Below are positions 47,393 through 57,900 of a DNA stretch of 64,000 bases, in pieces; position 1 is the stretch's first letter; the number at the start of each line of letters is the position of its first letter. The DNA is from an uncultured Candidatus Saccharibacteria bacterium (GTDB taxonomy: Bacteria; Patescibacteriota; Minisyncoccia; Phycocordibacterales; UBA918): positions 20,368 to 84,367 of the forward strand of contig CAZKFF010000004.1 of the NCBI GenBank assembly GCA_964552045.1, read 5' to 3'. The position numbers were made by a program, and so were the translations under genes. The notes under the pieces are model-generated. The model had not been told where the DNA came from and did not search any database. It saw nothing but the letters and a program-made list of their open reading frames with translations.

Positions 47393-48631
47393 TCATTTCG
47401 CCTTCACAGTGGGGATATCTTTCCACCGTGTCGTATATTCCTGCGAGCGAAGTTTTGCGCTTGTCCGCGTCGGGTTTCCCCGTATGACTGCGTGCTTGAG
47501 CACATTGTGCCCAAACCGTTCGTTGATGCTGTCAGCAAGATCATCGAGCAGTCTGTCCTGCACAGATGTGGGCGAGAACAGGTCGCCGGTTACATACGAC
47601 TCCGGCATCAACCCGGAGAGGACAACACCTGCCTTCTTGTACGGAACCCGCTTCACATACAGCCTTTCCACTTCCGCAAGGGCAGCCTGGAGGAGCTTTT
47701 GCGTATGTGCGGTCGGTTCATCAAGAATCACTTCCCCCATGCCGCTCTGCAACAGGAAATCACCATGGCGGCTTGTAAGGATTGCCACATGCAGGCGGGA
47801 GGCAACCAGTTTCTTCTCCCGCAGCTTCTGCGCGGCAAAGCTTACATGGTACGCAACAGCGCTCTGAAGATGTTCCAGCTCAGAGGTGGTCTTTTCAAAG
47901 GACCGGGTGCTCATGATGCTCTGCTGGATATCTTCGCTCGTTGTACCCACGCCATGGACCTGTGTCCCGTGCAGTTCGTCGTACAAACGCTCTCCGGAAA
48001 CGCCGAAATGCCGGCGCACCACTGCCCGGTCAAGCACAAGGAATTGCGCCACTGTGGCTATCCCCATGCCGCTGAGCTTCGCGGAGGTTGCCCGTCCGAG
48101 ACCCCACACTGAGGAGCAGGGAGCCCGCTTCTGTTCCTCTTCCCAGAGCTCCTGCGTCAGGATACAGGCACCACCGGCTTTTTTAGCGAGTGCGCTTGCC
48201 TGTTTTGCAAGAGTCTTGGTGGATGCTATCCCGATGGAGACCGGGACACCGACCTTCTTCATGATCTGTGCGCGGATACGGAGTACTTCTTCTTGCGATA
48301 CATCATCAGCTATGGCAAAGAAAGCCTCGTCGATGGAATATATCTCGCAGACACCGACCTCGGCAGCAAGCGCCTGCATGACCCGCGCAGATATGTCCCG
48401 GTAGAGGGTGAAATTCGAGGAAAAAAGTGTCACTCCCTCCTTTTGGCAGATATCCTTCACCTTGAAATACGGAATGCCCATGGGAATACCCAGATCCTTC
48501 ACTTCCTGGCTGCGCGCGACAATACAGCCGTCGTTGGAAGACAGCACCGCAACCGGTCTTTTCAGCAGGTCGGGCCGAAAAAGCCGCTCACAGGAGGCAA
48601 AAAAGTTGTTGCAGTCCATGAGGCCGATCAT
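47393..48631 (-). CDS. umuC: Y-family error-prone DNA polymerase V catalytic subunit
   Basis: DCNNFFASCE, VLSSNDGCIVARS, SSNFTLYRDISARV, YSIDEAF, C-terminal SQEYTTRWKDIP (DUF4113-like). Confidence 0.95.
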   Translation of the reverse strand: MIGLMDCNNFFASCERLFRPDLLKRPVAVLSSNDGCIVARSQEVKDLGIPMGIPYFKVKDICQKEGVTLFSSNFTLYRDISARVMQALAAEVGVCEIYSIDEAFFAIADDVSQEEVLRIRAQIMKKVGVPVSIGIASTKTLAKQASALAKKAGGACILTQELWEEEQKRAPCSSVWGLGRATSAKLSGMGIATVAQFLVLDRAVVRRHFGVSGERLYDELHGTQVHGVGTTSEDIQQSIMSTRSFEKTTSELEHLQSAVAYHVSFAAQKLREKKLVASRLHVAILTSRHGDFLLQSGMGEVILDEPTAHTQKLLQAALAEVERLYVKRVPYKKAGVVLSGLMPESYVTGDLFSPTSVQDRLLDDLADSINERFGHNVLKHAVIRGNPTRTSAKLRSQEYTTRWKDIPTVKAK

Positions 48632-48669
48632 GGCAATAGTATATCAATCTTATGATATCGACATATCCT

Positions 48670-49116
48670 TCAAAAAGTTCTTACACTGCCGACGACAACA
48701 CCCCAAATAAAGCACTCTTCCCCATCTCCGACTGCAATAGGCGCATACTGTTCATTTTCAGACATGAGCAGCGCGGTTCTGTCTTCTATTGAGAGACGCT
48801 TGACCAGAAGTTCGCCATTGACGGCGGCAACGACGATAACGCCGTCTTCCGGGTCTTTCGAGCGATCAACCACAAGCACATCGCCGCTGAAAATGCCCGC
48901 ACCAACCATAGAATCGCCTTCAACGCGCACAAAGAAAGTCGAAGCCGGGTTCTTGACCACCAGATCATTAATATCGAGCACATTCTCCACCTGATCATCG
49001 CCCGGGGCGGGAAAACCGGCCGCAGGACGCGACGCATACAACGGCGCAGGAACGGAACGTGGCGCGTCCTTCGGACGCGCCACCTCTTTCGCCCGCAACT
49101 CTGTTGTGTGTTTCAT
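48670..49116 (-). CDS. umuD: UmuD-like S24 peptidase (DNA polymerase V accessory subunit)
   Basis: Cleavage site AAGFP, catalytic GDSM and VKRL, adjacent to umuC. Confidence 0.93.
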   Translation of the reverse strand: MKHTTELRAKEVARPKDAPRSVPAPLYASRPAAGFPAPGDDQVENVLDINDLVVKNPASTFFVRVEGDSMVGAGIFSGDVLVVDRSKDPEDGVIVVAAVNGELLVKRLSIEDRTALLMSENEQYAPIAVGDGEECFIWGVVVGSVRTF

Positions 49117-49140
49117 CAGGCCATTTTACCATTTCCACAG

Positions 49141-49168
49141 CAAAAGGCTGCCCCGAAGGACAGCCTTG
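49141..49168 (-). terminator. Intrinsic terminator with UUCG tetraloop
   Basis: Minus strand AAGGCTGTCC-TTCG-GGGCAGCCTTTT. Confidence 0.85.
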
Positions 49169-49175
49169 TCAAGAT

Positions 49176-49637
49176 TTACGCCACCATCGCCGTGTGCGCC
49201 TCTTCTTCCTCGTTGCCGGCTGCCGGCGCGGCAGACGCCTGCAGCGCACGGGAGAGCATCAACGGAGAGGTTTCGAAGTACTTCGGGAGCCGCAGTTCAC
49301 GCACATTGCCCGAGATCGGCTCGAGTGTAAACCGGACATGGCGATCATCCTGCTCCACGACATGGAGCGTGAAAGTCCGGTCTCCGATATCGCGTGCGAC
49401 TGCTTCGCTGACCTTCCTGCTGAGGTGATCAAGAAGCGACCTGCTCCCATTGGTTGCCCCGAGATCGACCCGCAGCGTGGATGTGTCGAGCACTGCTGTG
49501 CCGTAGTCGGTCATGATGCGGAAATCACCGCACATGACCGCCAGTTCCATTTCGTTGCACGGTACCCACCGATGCGGCACAAGCCGCACGGTAAGAATCC
49601 CGCTGCAGTGAAATTCCGCCTGATTTTTCTGTTTCAC
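49176..49637 (-). CDS. Hypothetical cytoplasmic protein
   Basis: 153-aa ORF filling the gap and followed directly by a strong terminator; no recognised motif. Confidence 0.55.
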   Translation of the reverse strand: MKQKNQAEFHCSGILTVRLVPHRWVPCNEMELAVMCGDFRIMTDYGTAVLDTSTLRVDLGATNGSRSLLDHLSRKVSEAVARDIGDRTFTLHVVEQDDRHVRFTLEPISGNVRELRLPKYFETSPLMLSRALQASAAPAAGNEEEEAHTAMVA

Positions 49638-49718
49638 CTGAAGTACCCCGCTGTTGATGATATGGAAAAACGTTCTGCCAGCACTCTAGCATACGAGCAA
49701 CGAAGCCGGCAATAGGAC

Positions 49719-50942
49719 TCAGACAATGAGCGCGCCGCTGGTGATAAGCATGTGCATGTAATAGAGCATGCCAATAATGGCAAGAAGTCCTGCGCCGTAC
49801 GCAATCTGGACCGGCTGCTGATATCGCACCTCAATGAAGATCGACAGCAAAAGCGACGCGAGCACAAAGCATCCTATGGTGATGTAGATGATCTCGAGGA
49901 CCACATGCGGCTGGGTGGCGAGCTTCAGGTAGAACGGAACCTGCGCTTCGTTTGGATGCGCCTCTTGTGCAACAGGCGCTGCAATCGCATTGGTCGAGGT
50001 CGAAATATGGTCTGAGTAGAGTACGACACCGTAGGCGTCGCTCGTCATATCTGTGATGATAACCGGTGCATGTTCCTGTCTTGGCACAGTATTCTCTGCG
50101 GATGCAGGTATTTCTTCATTCTGTGCAGTTTTCTCTGCAACAGAAGTCCCCTCTTCAACCGGGGCTGTTTCTTCCACAGCCGGAGCAGATTCCTCACCTG
50201 CAGGGACAGTCTCTTCAGCGACCGCAACCGGCACCGGCTCCGCTTCATGTACTACCACCTCTTCGGTAAGCGACACAGACTCGGCAGCGACCTCCTGCAA
50301 CGCTTCGTTCGTCACAGGAACTGATGGCGCCTGTGCTACAGCAATCGGAGCTGCCGGCTCCGGGACATGTGCTGCAACTGCAGCCGGCGTACCAAAAAGC
50401 TGCACCACATAGACAGTCGGATAGCCCTGATATGTGCCTTCTGCGGTACCCACGCCTATCTCAGAGTAATTGCCGTTCATGATATTGGCGCGATGGCTCG
50501 GCGACTCCATCCACGCGTCGACCACATCGCCCGAGTCAGTAAAGTGAATAGCGAGATTCTCGCCTGCGTGCACGAAATTATATGAGACTTCTCCGAACCA
50601 GTGCCAGGGAGAGACACCGTCGGGACTGTAGTGTGCAAAGTATTCGTGCGCTGCCATATCCTCTGCCTTCAAGCGCGCAGCCTCGTCGAGTACGCTGCTG
50701 CGGCGCAGCGTACCGAGTGCGCCCTCTGCGCGCTCCTCATTGGTCAGATCAACAATGACCGCCGGAAGAATGGTCGATATCATCCACTGCGAACTGATCC
50801 AAATGAGCGAATGCACATTCGCCATGGTGAAGGACAGCATGACCATGATCGCCATGCCGAATAGTGCGGCTTTCTGGAGGATATGTGGCGCGTAACCGTT
50901 CGTTCTGCTGGGGATGAAGTATTCTTTGAGGTTTTTCTTCAT
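49719..50942 (-). CDS. CAP (SCP/cysteine-rich secretory) domain membrane protein
   Basis: LTNEER..AARLKAEDMA..YFAHYSP..AGENLA..AWMESPSHRANIM..EIGVG..VVQLFG; N- and C-terminal TMs; start MKKNLKEYFIP. Confidence 0.92.
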   Translation of the reverse strand: MKKNLKEYFIPSRTNGYAPHILQKAALFGMAIMVMLSFTMANVHSLIWISSQWMISTILPAVIVDLTNEERAEGALGTLRRSSVLDEAARLKAEDMAAHEYFAHYSPDGVSPWHWFGEVSYNFVHAGENLAIHFTDSGDVVDAWMESPSHRANIMNGNYSEIGVGTAEGTYQGYPTVYVVQLFGTPAAVAAHVPEPAAPIAVAQAPSVPVTNEALQEVAAESVSLTEEVVVHEAEPVPVAVAEETVPAGEESAPAVEETAPVEEGTSVAEKTAQNEEIPASAENTVPRQEHAPVIITDMTSDAYGVVLYSDHISTSTNAIAAPVAQEAHPNEAQVPFYLKLATQPHVVLEIIYITIGCFVLASLLLSIFIEVRYQQPVQIAYGAGLLAIIGMLYYMHMLITSGALIV

Positions 50943-50994
50943 GTGCCTACAGTATAGCAAATGCCCAAACCGGACCGTGCCAGCTTCTGCGTAT

Positions 50995-51033
50995 ATACCA
51001 AAAAGCCCCGCAGTATGCGGGGCTTTTTGGTAT
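50995..51033 (-). terminator. Intrinsic (potentially bidirectional) terminator
   Basis: Perfect 18-bp inverted repeat ATACCAAAAAGCCCCGCA-GTA-TGCGGGGCTTTTTGGTAT. Confidence 0.85.
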
Positions 51034-51043
51034 TGCATTCTCT

Positions 51044-52978
51044 TTACTGAGCGTTGAGCGCATCAAGCTGTGCCTGAAGTGCTGCAACCTGTGCAAGCAG
51101 ATCAGCGATCTTCAGTGCGAGAGGGTCTGCAACCACCGGTTCGGTATTGAGCTGTGAGCGTGTGAGCGGACCAACGAATCCTGTTGCCGGGATCCCGTGC
51201 GCCGCCTGGTACTGCGTGAGTGCAGCGAATGTGAGCGGACCGAAGAATCCAGTCGGAGCATCGATATCAAGATATCCTGCCGCGATAAGAATGGTCTGGA
51301 GGTTCGTCACATCGGTATTCTCTGTACCCATGCCGAAATCAACAAGGAATGAGTAATACACTACTGGGGTTGAGGTTGCTTCACCGAGCACCTGTCCTTC
51401 AGGAGTCTCTGTTTCTTCTTCCCCAGTCTCCTCTTCTTCCGCTTCCTCATCGTCAGTGAGCGAAACACGGCTTCCGTTTCCGCCTCCTCCGCCGCCGTTT
51501 GATGGTGTCGGGGTCGGCTGATTAAGTGATGAATCAAGTACCACATTGTCAAAGAGGAAACCTTTGCCTGCAAGCTCTGCATGATTATCAGACGATCCGT
51601 TGCCTCGAGCCTGGATGATCATTCCACGAATAACCTGAGGAACATGGTTTGTCACTTCACCGCTTATATCAGTCCAATAATAATTCTCCCAGCTTGTGCC
51701 TGTGTGGACGTTTGATCCGTCAATATACACATGCACGATGTCATTCGACATTCCGTCCACTACATCTAGGGTAATCTTGATTGTGTGCTCTTCAGTCCGT
51801 GACAAAGTGGCAATATCTGTTTCATCCCAAGTTATTGGGGTTGTCGTTGACGGGACGTCATCGAAGAATACATGGATCCCATCAGATTGATCCTCAAAAC
51901 GAAGATAGCTCATTCGTCCGCCATTTCCATTGTCAGGCGCTACAGAGACCTGCAGTCCTGATTGTTCGTCTGGCTGTACGGTCGCAATATTGAACTCCAC
52001 TTCAAAGTGATCATCCAATGCATCCACGCTAGAACTCGCTTCACCAACTCCTTCTGGAAGCAGTGGAGTGAAGATCCAGTCACCAAACGAACCGCTGGTT
52101 ACAGCGTTGGACACACGTAGTGATTGGCAGCCGAATGAATCAAAACCATAGATATTGCTTACTACTTCCTGATCATATGGACCAGTTGCACTCCAATCCC
52201 CCTGTCCATTCACCGATCCTGTTGTAAAGGTGTCGAAAGTTGAGGTGTCACATGCAGGCAGCGGCTCCGGATCGAAGTCTGTAACTACAATGCCGTCTGT
52301 TCTAGTTACCACAACATTATCGAGGTAACCGCTTACTCCTGTGTCTGAATCCGTAGTATCACCCACATTAATGGCGATAACTCGAATGGTGGCACCAGTG
52401 CTTGATGCTGTATCCATATCTGCTGGAACAGCAGGACAAGCCTCGGGCGATGTTCCGTGAGTAGCCACCGTATATGCCTGTGAAGGATCGAATGTCACCG
52501 TTGTGAAGTTTGCTGAAGAACCTGTTGTTGGTATTACATTGTACCGACAATCATAAAACTTAGTCGGACTTGACGTTCCAAAGTTTGCATAGACACTCAT
52601 ATAGAACTGCCCTGCATCTGCTTCATCAAGCGTCAGGAAATCGTATGAGATGCTTTGGATATTAGCAATCGGTGCAAGAAGGAAATCCTCTGCAATGAAC
52701 TTATCCTTACCTCCATTTGCTGAAGTATTTGTGATTGCTGGGACAAATAAGCTCCCGTCACCTATACTCTTCTGGTCAAAGTTGAATTCAAATGGTGATT
52801 GTGTCTCTGTATCACGATTGAATAGCCATCCAGTCTGGTTTTCACCGGCTGAAGTATCCGCTGAAACCACTTCTGTTGCTGCAAAAGCTTGGGTGCTAAT
52901 AAAAAGAAACGCTGCAGCCGCAAAAAGCGCTGAAGCGAAGAAACGCGCCAAAACACGCGATGAATTGGTTGTCGTCAT
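51044..52978 (-). CDS. Secreted protein with lectin/concanavalin-like beta domains and a C-terminal peptidoglycan-binding (PG_binding_1) domain
   Basis: Signal peptide; DVTNLQTILIAAGYL..TGFFGPLTFAALTQYQ..GIPATGFVGPLTRSQLN; tail IADLLAQVAALQAQL. Confidence 0.85.
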   Translation of the reverse strand: MTTTNSSRVLARFFASALFAAAAFLFISTQAFAATEVVSADTSAGENQTGWLFNRDTETQSPFEFNFDQKSIGDGSLFVPAITNTSANGGKDKFIAEDFLLAPIANIQSISYDFLTLDEADAGQFYMSVYANFGTSSPTKFYDCRYNVIPTTGSSANFTTVTFDPSQAYTVATHGTSPEACPAVPADMDTASSTGATIRVIAINVGDTTDSDTGVSGYLDNVVVTRTDGIVVTDFDPEPLPACDTSTFDTFTTGSVNGQGDWSATGPYDQEVVSNIYGFDSFGCQSLRVSNAVTSGSFGDWIFTPLLPEGVGEASSSVDALDDHFEVEFNIATVQPDEQSGLQVSVAPDNGNGGRMSYLRFEDQSDGIHVFFDDVPSTTTPITWDETDIATLSRTEEHTIKITLDVVDGMSNDIVHVYIDGSNVHTGTSWENYYWTDISGEVTNHVPQVIRGMIIQARGNGSSDNHAELAGKGFLFDNVVLDSSLNQPTPTPSNGGGGGGNGSRVSLTDDEEAEEEETGEEETETPEGQVLGEATSTPVVYYSFLVDFGMGTENTDVTNLQTILIAAGYLDIDAPTGFFGPLTFAALTQYQAAHGIPATGFVGPLTRSQLNTEPVVADPLALKIADLLAQVAALQAQLDALNAQ

Positions 52979-53049
52979 AAATAAAACTGGTTATTTATAA
53001 GGCTTATAAAGCTCAACTAAGCCGAACAGTACTCTCATTGACGAGTTTG

Positions 53050-53709
53050 TCAAGAAGTTTTTTGAGCTGGTTCCTTGAGCTTCGCATAGACAACAAGATT
53101 GTGGGAATATCGCTGTGTCCCGTGGTTGTATGTACCGGTACAGGTGATGAGGCGCAGGGATGGGTAATCAGTGCGTTCGTACACCTCTTCGGCCGGGAAT
53201 GCGTCCTGATCGTACATCTCCGTGTGTGTCACTTCGAATACGGCTGTGGTCCCGTCCTCACGCTCTATCTCGATTGCATCCCCCTCTTTCACATACTGCA
53301 GTGGCCAGAACACCGCAGGGCCGAGGTATGAGTCGACGTGACCCAGAACAGTAGCAGTCCCCACTTCACCCGGAGTTGCACCATGCACATACCACCCCAC
53401 GTTCGTGTAAGTATCAGGCACCTCAATCGTATGATCCTCATTGAGTCCGAGCGGCCCTTCGAAATCGGCTTCCAGCTTGATCCGCGGGATGCTCAGATGC
53501 ACAGGAGCTGAACGGGCATACAGTCCTGTAGAAGTCGCGCTCTGCGTATATGCTTCAGATAATGCTGTGTCTGAAGGCGTATACCGATAATAGAACAGCG
53601 CGGCATTTCCTACCGCCAGTCCCAAAAGCACGCCGAACACGCATGCACCACACAGCCTTACCAGTCTGTGTTTGTCAGTGAATAAAAGTGAGCGGGGAGT
53701 CCCTTCCAT
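53050..53709 (-). CDS. Class F sortase
   Basis: N-terminal TM; PVHLSIPRI, VGWY..GATPGE.G, LGHVDS, LRLITC, YSHNLVVYA (Asn at the usual Arg position, as seen in class F). Confidence 0.92.
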   Translation of the reverse strand: MEGTPRSLLFTDKHRLVRLCGACVFGVLLGLAVGNAALFYYRYTPSDTALSEAYTQSATSTGLYARSAPVHLSIPRIKLEADFEGPLGLNEDHTIEVPDTYTNVGWYVHGATPGEVGTATVLGHVDSYLGPAVFWPLQYVKEGDAIEIEREDGTTAVFEVTHTEMYDQDAFPAEEVYERTDYPSLRLITCTGTYNHGTQRYSHNLVVYAKLKEPAQKTS

Positions 53710-53780
53710 GAAAATAAGGTGGTTACTGTAGCACGCACACGTGAAGACCGGATGAATTGCTCACACGGGCCGCTTTTTTG

Positions 53781-54920
53781 CTACGAACCCTGATTCCGTG
53801 TGTTTTTTCGCCCTGAAAAGAGTGCTCCCGCCTGAAGATCGAACATGCTTCGAGAAGCACCGCCTTTTCCGGTGCCCGGAGCCCCCTGTGGAATGTCTGT
53901 CGACTCGCCGAGAACCTGTGGAGCTGGCGCACCGGTCTGATCATCGTCATCATCGCCATCTCCTCCTCCGTCGCGGAGCTCTATCCTTCGGCCATTGCCA
54001 TCGCTATACGACCCTTGCGAATATCCGCCTGCGCCGTATGAGCCCTGCGCGTAATTGCCTCCATACGAGCCTTGTGCGTAATTGCCGCCGTATGAGCCCT
54101 GCGTGTAGTAGCCCGACTGTGAATATCCAGGATTGTACGAACCCTGCGTGTAGTATGAGCTTTGCGAGTATACCGGCTGCGTGATCCATGTATTGGTAAT
54201 GGTGCAAGTCTCGCTTCCGCCCTGGTTGATGGTTCCTTCACAGCCTGAAGAGTAGGTCGTCGTGTACGCTGCATATGTATCTTCCTCCACTTTGTAGTCC
54301 CCCGAAGCGAGCGTGATATCATCATTGACCCCATCAGCGTCGAACGGCCCATCAAACTGGAGCAGATTTCCCTGGGTGACCATGAACTCAAAGTCCTCCG
54401 GCGGGGTTGTCGTCCCCACCACTTCCTTTATCACAGTGAGATTCCCCGGCCGCCACTGGTTATCCGCCCGGCAGACATTCGCTGTCTGGTCGTCTGTCAC
54501 CGTAAGCGTTGAAGCTGCTATCGGTCCGTTGTAATTATCGCAGCCGAAACCAGACCACTGCACGGTCCATTCGCCCGCGACGAAATCATTCGGGCCGTCT
54601 TCCGATATGGTGTAATCACCCATGGGCAGATTGATGATCTTGTTGGCTGTGTCATTGGTGAAATGGTCCAAAGACACTGTTCGATTGACCGGCGTTCCGC
54701 TTGCGGAGGTTCCCACAATGGTGAATGTAAACTGGTCTGCCGTATAGGGATCAGGCACCCGATTGTCGCTGATGTTCTTTTCCAGGCTTACCGGATAGAC
54801 CGGTTCCGCCACCTGCGCCTGTGCAACGTGGGCAAAAACAACCGCAAATACGAATGATGTGCATACTCCGGCAACAAATGCTGCAATACGGCGCTGTTTC
54901 GATGTGAGATTGATGATCAT
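53781..54920 (-). CDS. Secreted prealbumin-like/pilin-type Ig repeat protein with YxQGSY repeats and a GAPGTGKGG sorting motif
   Basis: LTVIKEVVG..F..GDYKVEE..CEG..CTITN domains; C-terminal QVLGESTDIPQGAPGTGKGGAS; adjacent to the sortase. Confidence 0.8.
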   Translation of the reverse strand: MIINLTSKQRRIAAFVAGVCTSFVFAVVFAHVAQAQVAEPVYPVSLEKNISDNRVPDPYTADQFTFTIVGTSASGTPVNRTVSLDHFTNDTANKIINLPMGDYTISEDGPNDFVAGEWTVQWSGFGCDNYNGPIAASTLTVTDDQTANVCRADNQWRPGNLTVIKEVVGTTTPPEDFEFMVTQGNLLQFDGPFDADGVNDDITLASGDYKVEEDTYAAYTTTYSSGCEGTINQGGSETCTITNTWITQPVYSQSSYYTQGSYNPGYSQSGYYTQGSYGGNYAQGSYGGNYAQGSYGAGGYSQGSYSDGNGRRIELRDGGGDGDDDDDQTGAPAPQVLGESTDIPQGAPGTGKGGASRSMFDLQAGALFSGRKNTRNQGS

Positions 54921-54964
54921 ATGCTTTTAATAGTTACATTTTTATAAGCGTCTTGAAGCCTTCC

Positions 54965-57900
54965 CTACCGGAAGAATCCGAAGACATTCTTCACGAACCC
55001 GACGACGCCTCCCTCCTGCTTTGGTTTTTCAGGCTCGGGCACCTGCGGTGCGGTCTGCGGTGGTGGAGGTGTTGTAACCGCAGGCGCTACAGGAGGCTTC
55101 GGCGCAGGCGGCACATACGCAGCGGCAGCAGGCGCAACCGCTGTAGTTGCTGCGCCTGCAACCTGCGAGACCGGATTGGTCGGGAACGCCAATGTCAGGC
55201 GCGGTACGTATGCCGGCACGGTAAATGTGTACTCACGGCTGGTGGCGATGTACTTGCTTGTCTGCGCATGGATGCGATACGCATGCGTACGGCCTGGATA
55301 CAGATCATTGATGATCATTGCGTGCTTGGTCTTCTCTGTCGGGAATTTGAAACTTGCATGCTGGTATCCATAATTTGCCACGTTTGGATTGTATGGAGAA
55401 ACCGGCTGCGCCGTGCCGTAGAAGACTTGGCTCTGCGACGGCTTGGAAGTTTCCCATCCAAGGAGCGCTGAAGTCATGCCGTGGAGTCCCGGGAAATATG
55501 CGAGCACAACCACGTTGCCGATCGCCAGGTCTAGCCCTTTGATCTGTATGGTGTACTCTGCATCCTCAACCTTCAGCGGATCGTCACCATTCTCCTTCAT
55601 GCTGTCTTCGAGGTAGGCAACTACCCGCGCCGTATTGGTGTACTTTCCGCTCGGAGTGGTCGGGTCATATTCAGTGGTGTACGTGAGCTCAATCTCTTCG
55701 CCCGGGAGAATGGTGCCGAGCTCCCACGACTGCTGTGTGACCACCGATCCGATCGGGTTGGTGAGCACATCAAACACCTCCGCATCGTACGCATTGCCGC
55801 CTTTGTTGGTGACGGTGATCTTGTAGTCAACACTGTCGCCTGCGGTCACTATCTCGTCTTCGTCAATATTCTCTGCCTCTTTGGTGATGATAAGGAGCGG
55901 CGCTTTGTTCGGATCGATGGCTTCCACCTCCTCGCGGTCGATCTTTTTCTTCTTTGAAGAGCTGCCGCCGCATACGCCGCATACGCCGCTGCTGTACGAG
56001 CCCTGCGCATAATAACCGCTCTGGGAATATGTCGGTGTCGTCGTGCTGTTGTTCTCCTCGTCATCAGACGGCGTGGTCGTTCCGGTTGTCGTTCCCGTAT
56101 CACTGTCTGGATCTGGATTCTCAGCTGTTGCACTGAGCATAAGGAGATTGTCGGAGAAATGCATGTCTCCCTGATCGCTCGATACGGTCGCGTATGCGGT
56201 CACCGGCGTTGAAGTTCCTTCTGCGATATTGTCGTCAACGTATGCGGTGAACGATACCTCTGTGCTTGCTCCCGGAGCGAGATCACCGATCGAATCGCTT
56301 TGCGTGGTCACGCCGGTGCTTGTGTGTGCGTTCTGGAGCGTCTGGTCGAGCACGATATTGGTCGCGGTACTGTTGCTGTGGTTCGTGACTGTATACGCGT
56401 AGGTGAGAACTCCGCCCGGACCAAGCGGGTCTGCGGGAGTCACCGTACCTGCAAGCGCGATATCGGTCGGGGCAAAGGAGATATTACCTTCAAAATCACC
56501 GAGAATGTTGACGATGGCCATCGTCCAGTTGGTGCCAATCACATTCGTATTGGCGATGTTCATCACGTTTGCGCTCGCAAACGCGTCTCCGGTACGGATG
56601 CTTCCCACAAGCCCGTCTATGTCATTCTCTCCTGACACCGCATTGAGCGTGATGTTGTTCTCAAGCGCAACGGTATTATTGTTGGTGAAATTGGCAGTAT
56701 AGGAATCCTGGTCGTATCCCAGGAACGCCGACGGTGCGATCTCCGCATCGACGTTGTAGATGATAATGCCGTCAGGCGTCCAGTCCCAGGTGAGACCTTC
56801 GGGCAGTCCGACCACCTCGCCGTTCCAGTAGCCGTGAATACGGATAAGAAGATACAGGGAATCCCCGCCGTAAGTGTTCTCATTGATCTTATTGAGCACA
56901 TTCGATTCAGATTCGCCTTCGCCAGTTACGATGCTCGAATCAAAATCGGTTGTGGAATCGTTATTTCCCGTTTGTGCGTATGCCTCAAGCTGATTGTCAA
57001 CATCGGCATCATTGAGGTTGTCTGCGTTCACATGGACGTCCTCAGGGCGTTCCACCTGGTTGGTGCCGTTCGGCCGGCTGAAGAATGTGTCGAACAACTC
57101 GCCTGTCGGCAGTACGAGGTCACCGTCGAGGTCACCAATGGCATTGTAGGTCAAGAGACGGTAATTGGAGTCGATGATATTGCTGTTGACCACATTGAGC
57201 ACATTCGCTGCTGCATACGCGTCCCCCGTTACGATCTCGACGCCTAAGCCTCCGTCTGCATCATTGTAGCCGGTTTCCGCTTCCACAAGCGCGCTGTTGG
57301 TGATGGTCGCATGATTCATCTGAGAGACGTTGTAGATCACATCCTCTGAGGTACATGACAAAAGCGAACAGGTGTCAGACATCGCCTCCTCGAGCGCCAC
57401 ATCCGGGAAGAACGTATCGGTGAGGTTCAATGATTCCCCATCTTCGAGTATCCGGTTTGCCAGATAGATGAAACCGTCGGAGTTAATGACGTTGGAGTTG
57501 ACGACATTTGCGATATTAAATGCGGCCACCGCGTCTCCGGTGTGAATCTTTGCTGTGGTATTGCCCTGGGCCAGGTTGTCGCCGGATGTGGCACGCGCAA
57601 GGCCATCATTGGTCACTACTGCGTCATTGGTGCCGGTTGCAGTGAAGGTGTAGGTGTCGTAATCGGATTGATTGACGTCTTCAAGTTCGCTCCGCACATC
57701 GTTTGAATTCGCATCGGTTGAAAGTTCGCCCTGAGCGGTTGCGATCCCGGTTTCTATATACGTATTGGTCTGCCCCGTCTTAAAGACATCGCCGGTGTTC
57801 TCCTCTTCTTCAGGAGTGTCAGTATCTCCCAGAAGCTCGTCGGAGATGACCGTAACAGGAGTCACCTCATCATCCGGCGTTGCACCTGCGGTGCCTTCCC

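Noticed and set aside
48654-48667. GATAT-N4-ATATC palindrome upstream of umuC as a LexA box
   Set aside because: It is short and AT-rich, and has no counterpart at the umuD promoter.
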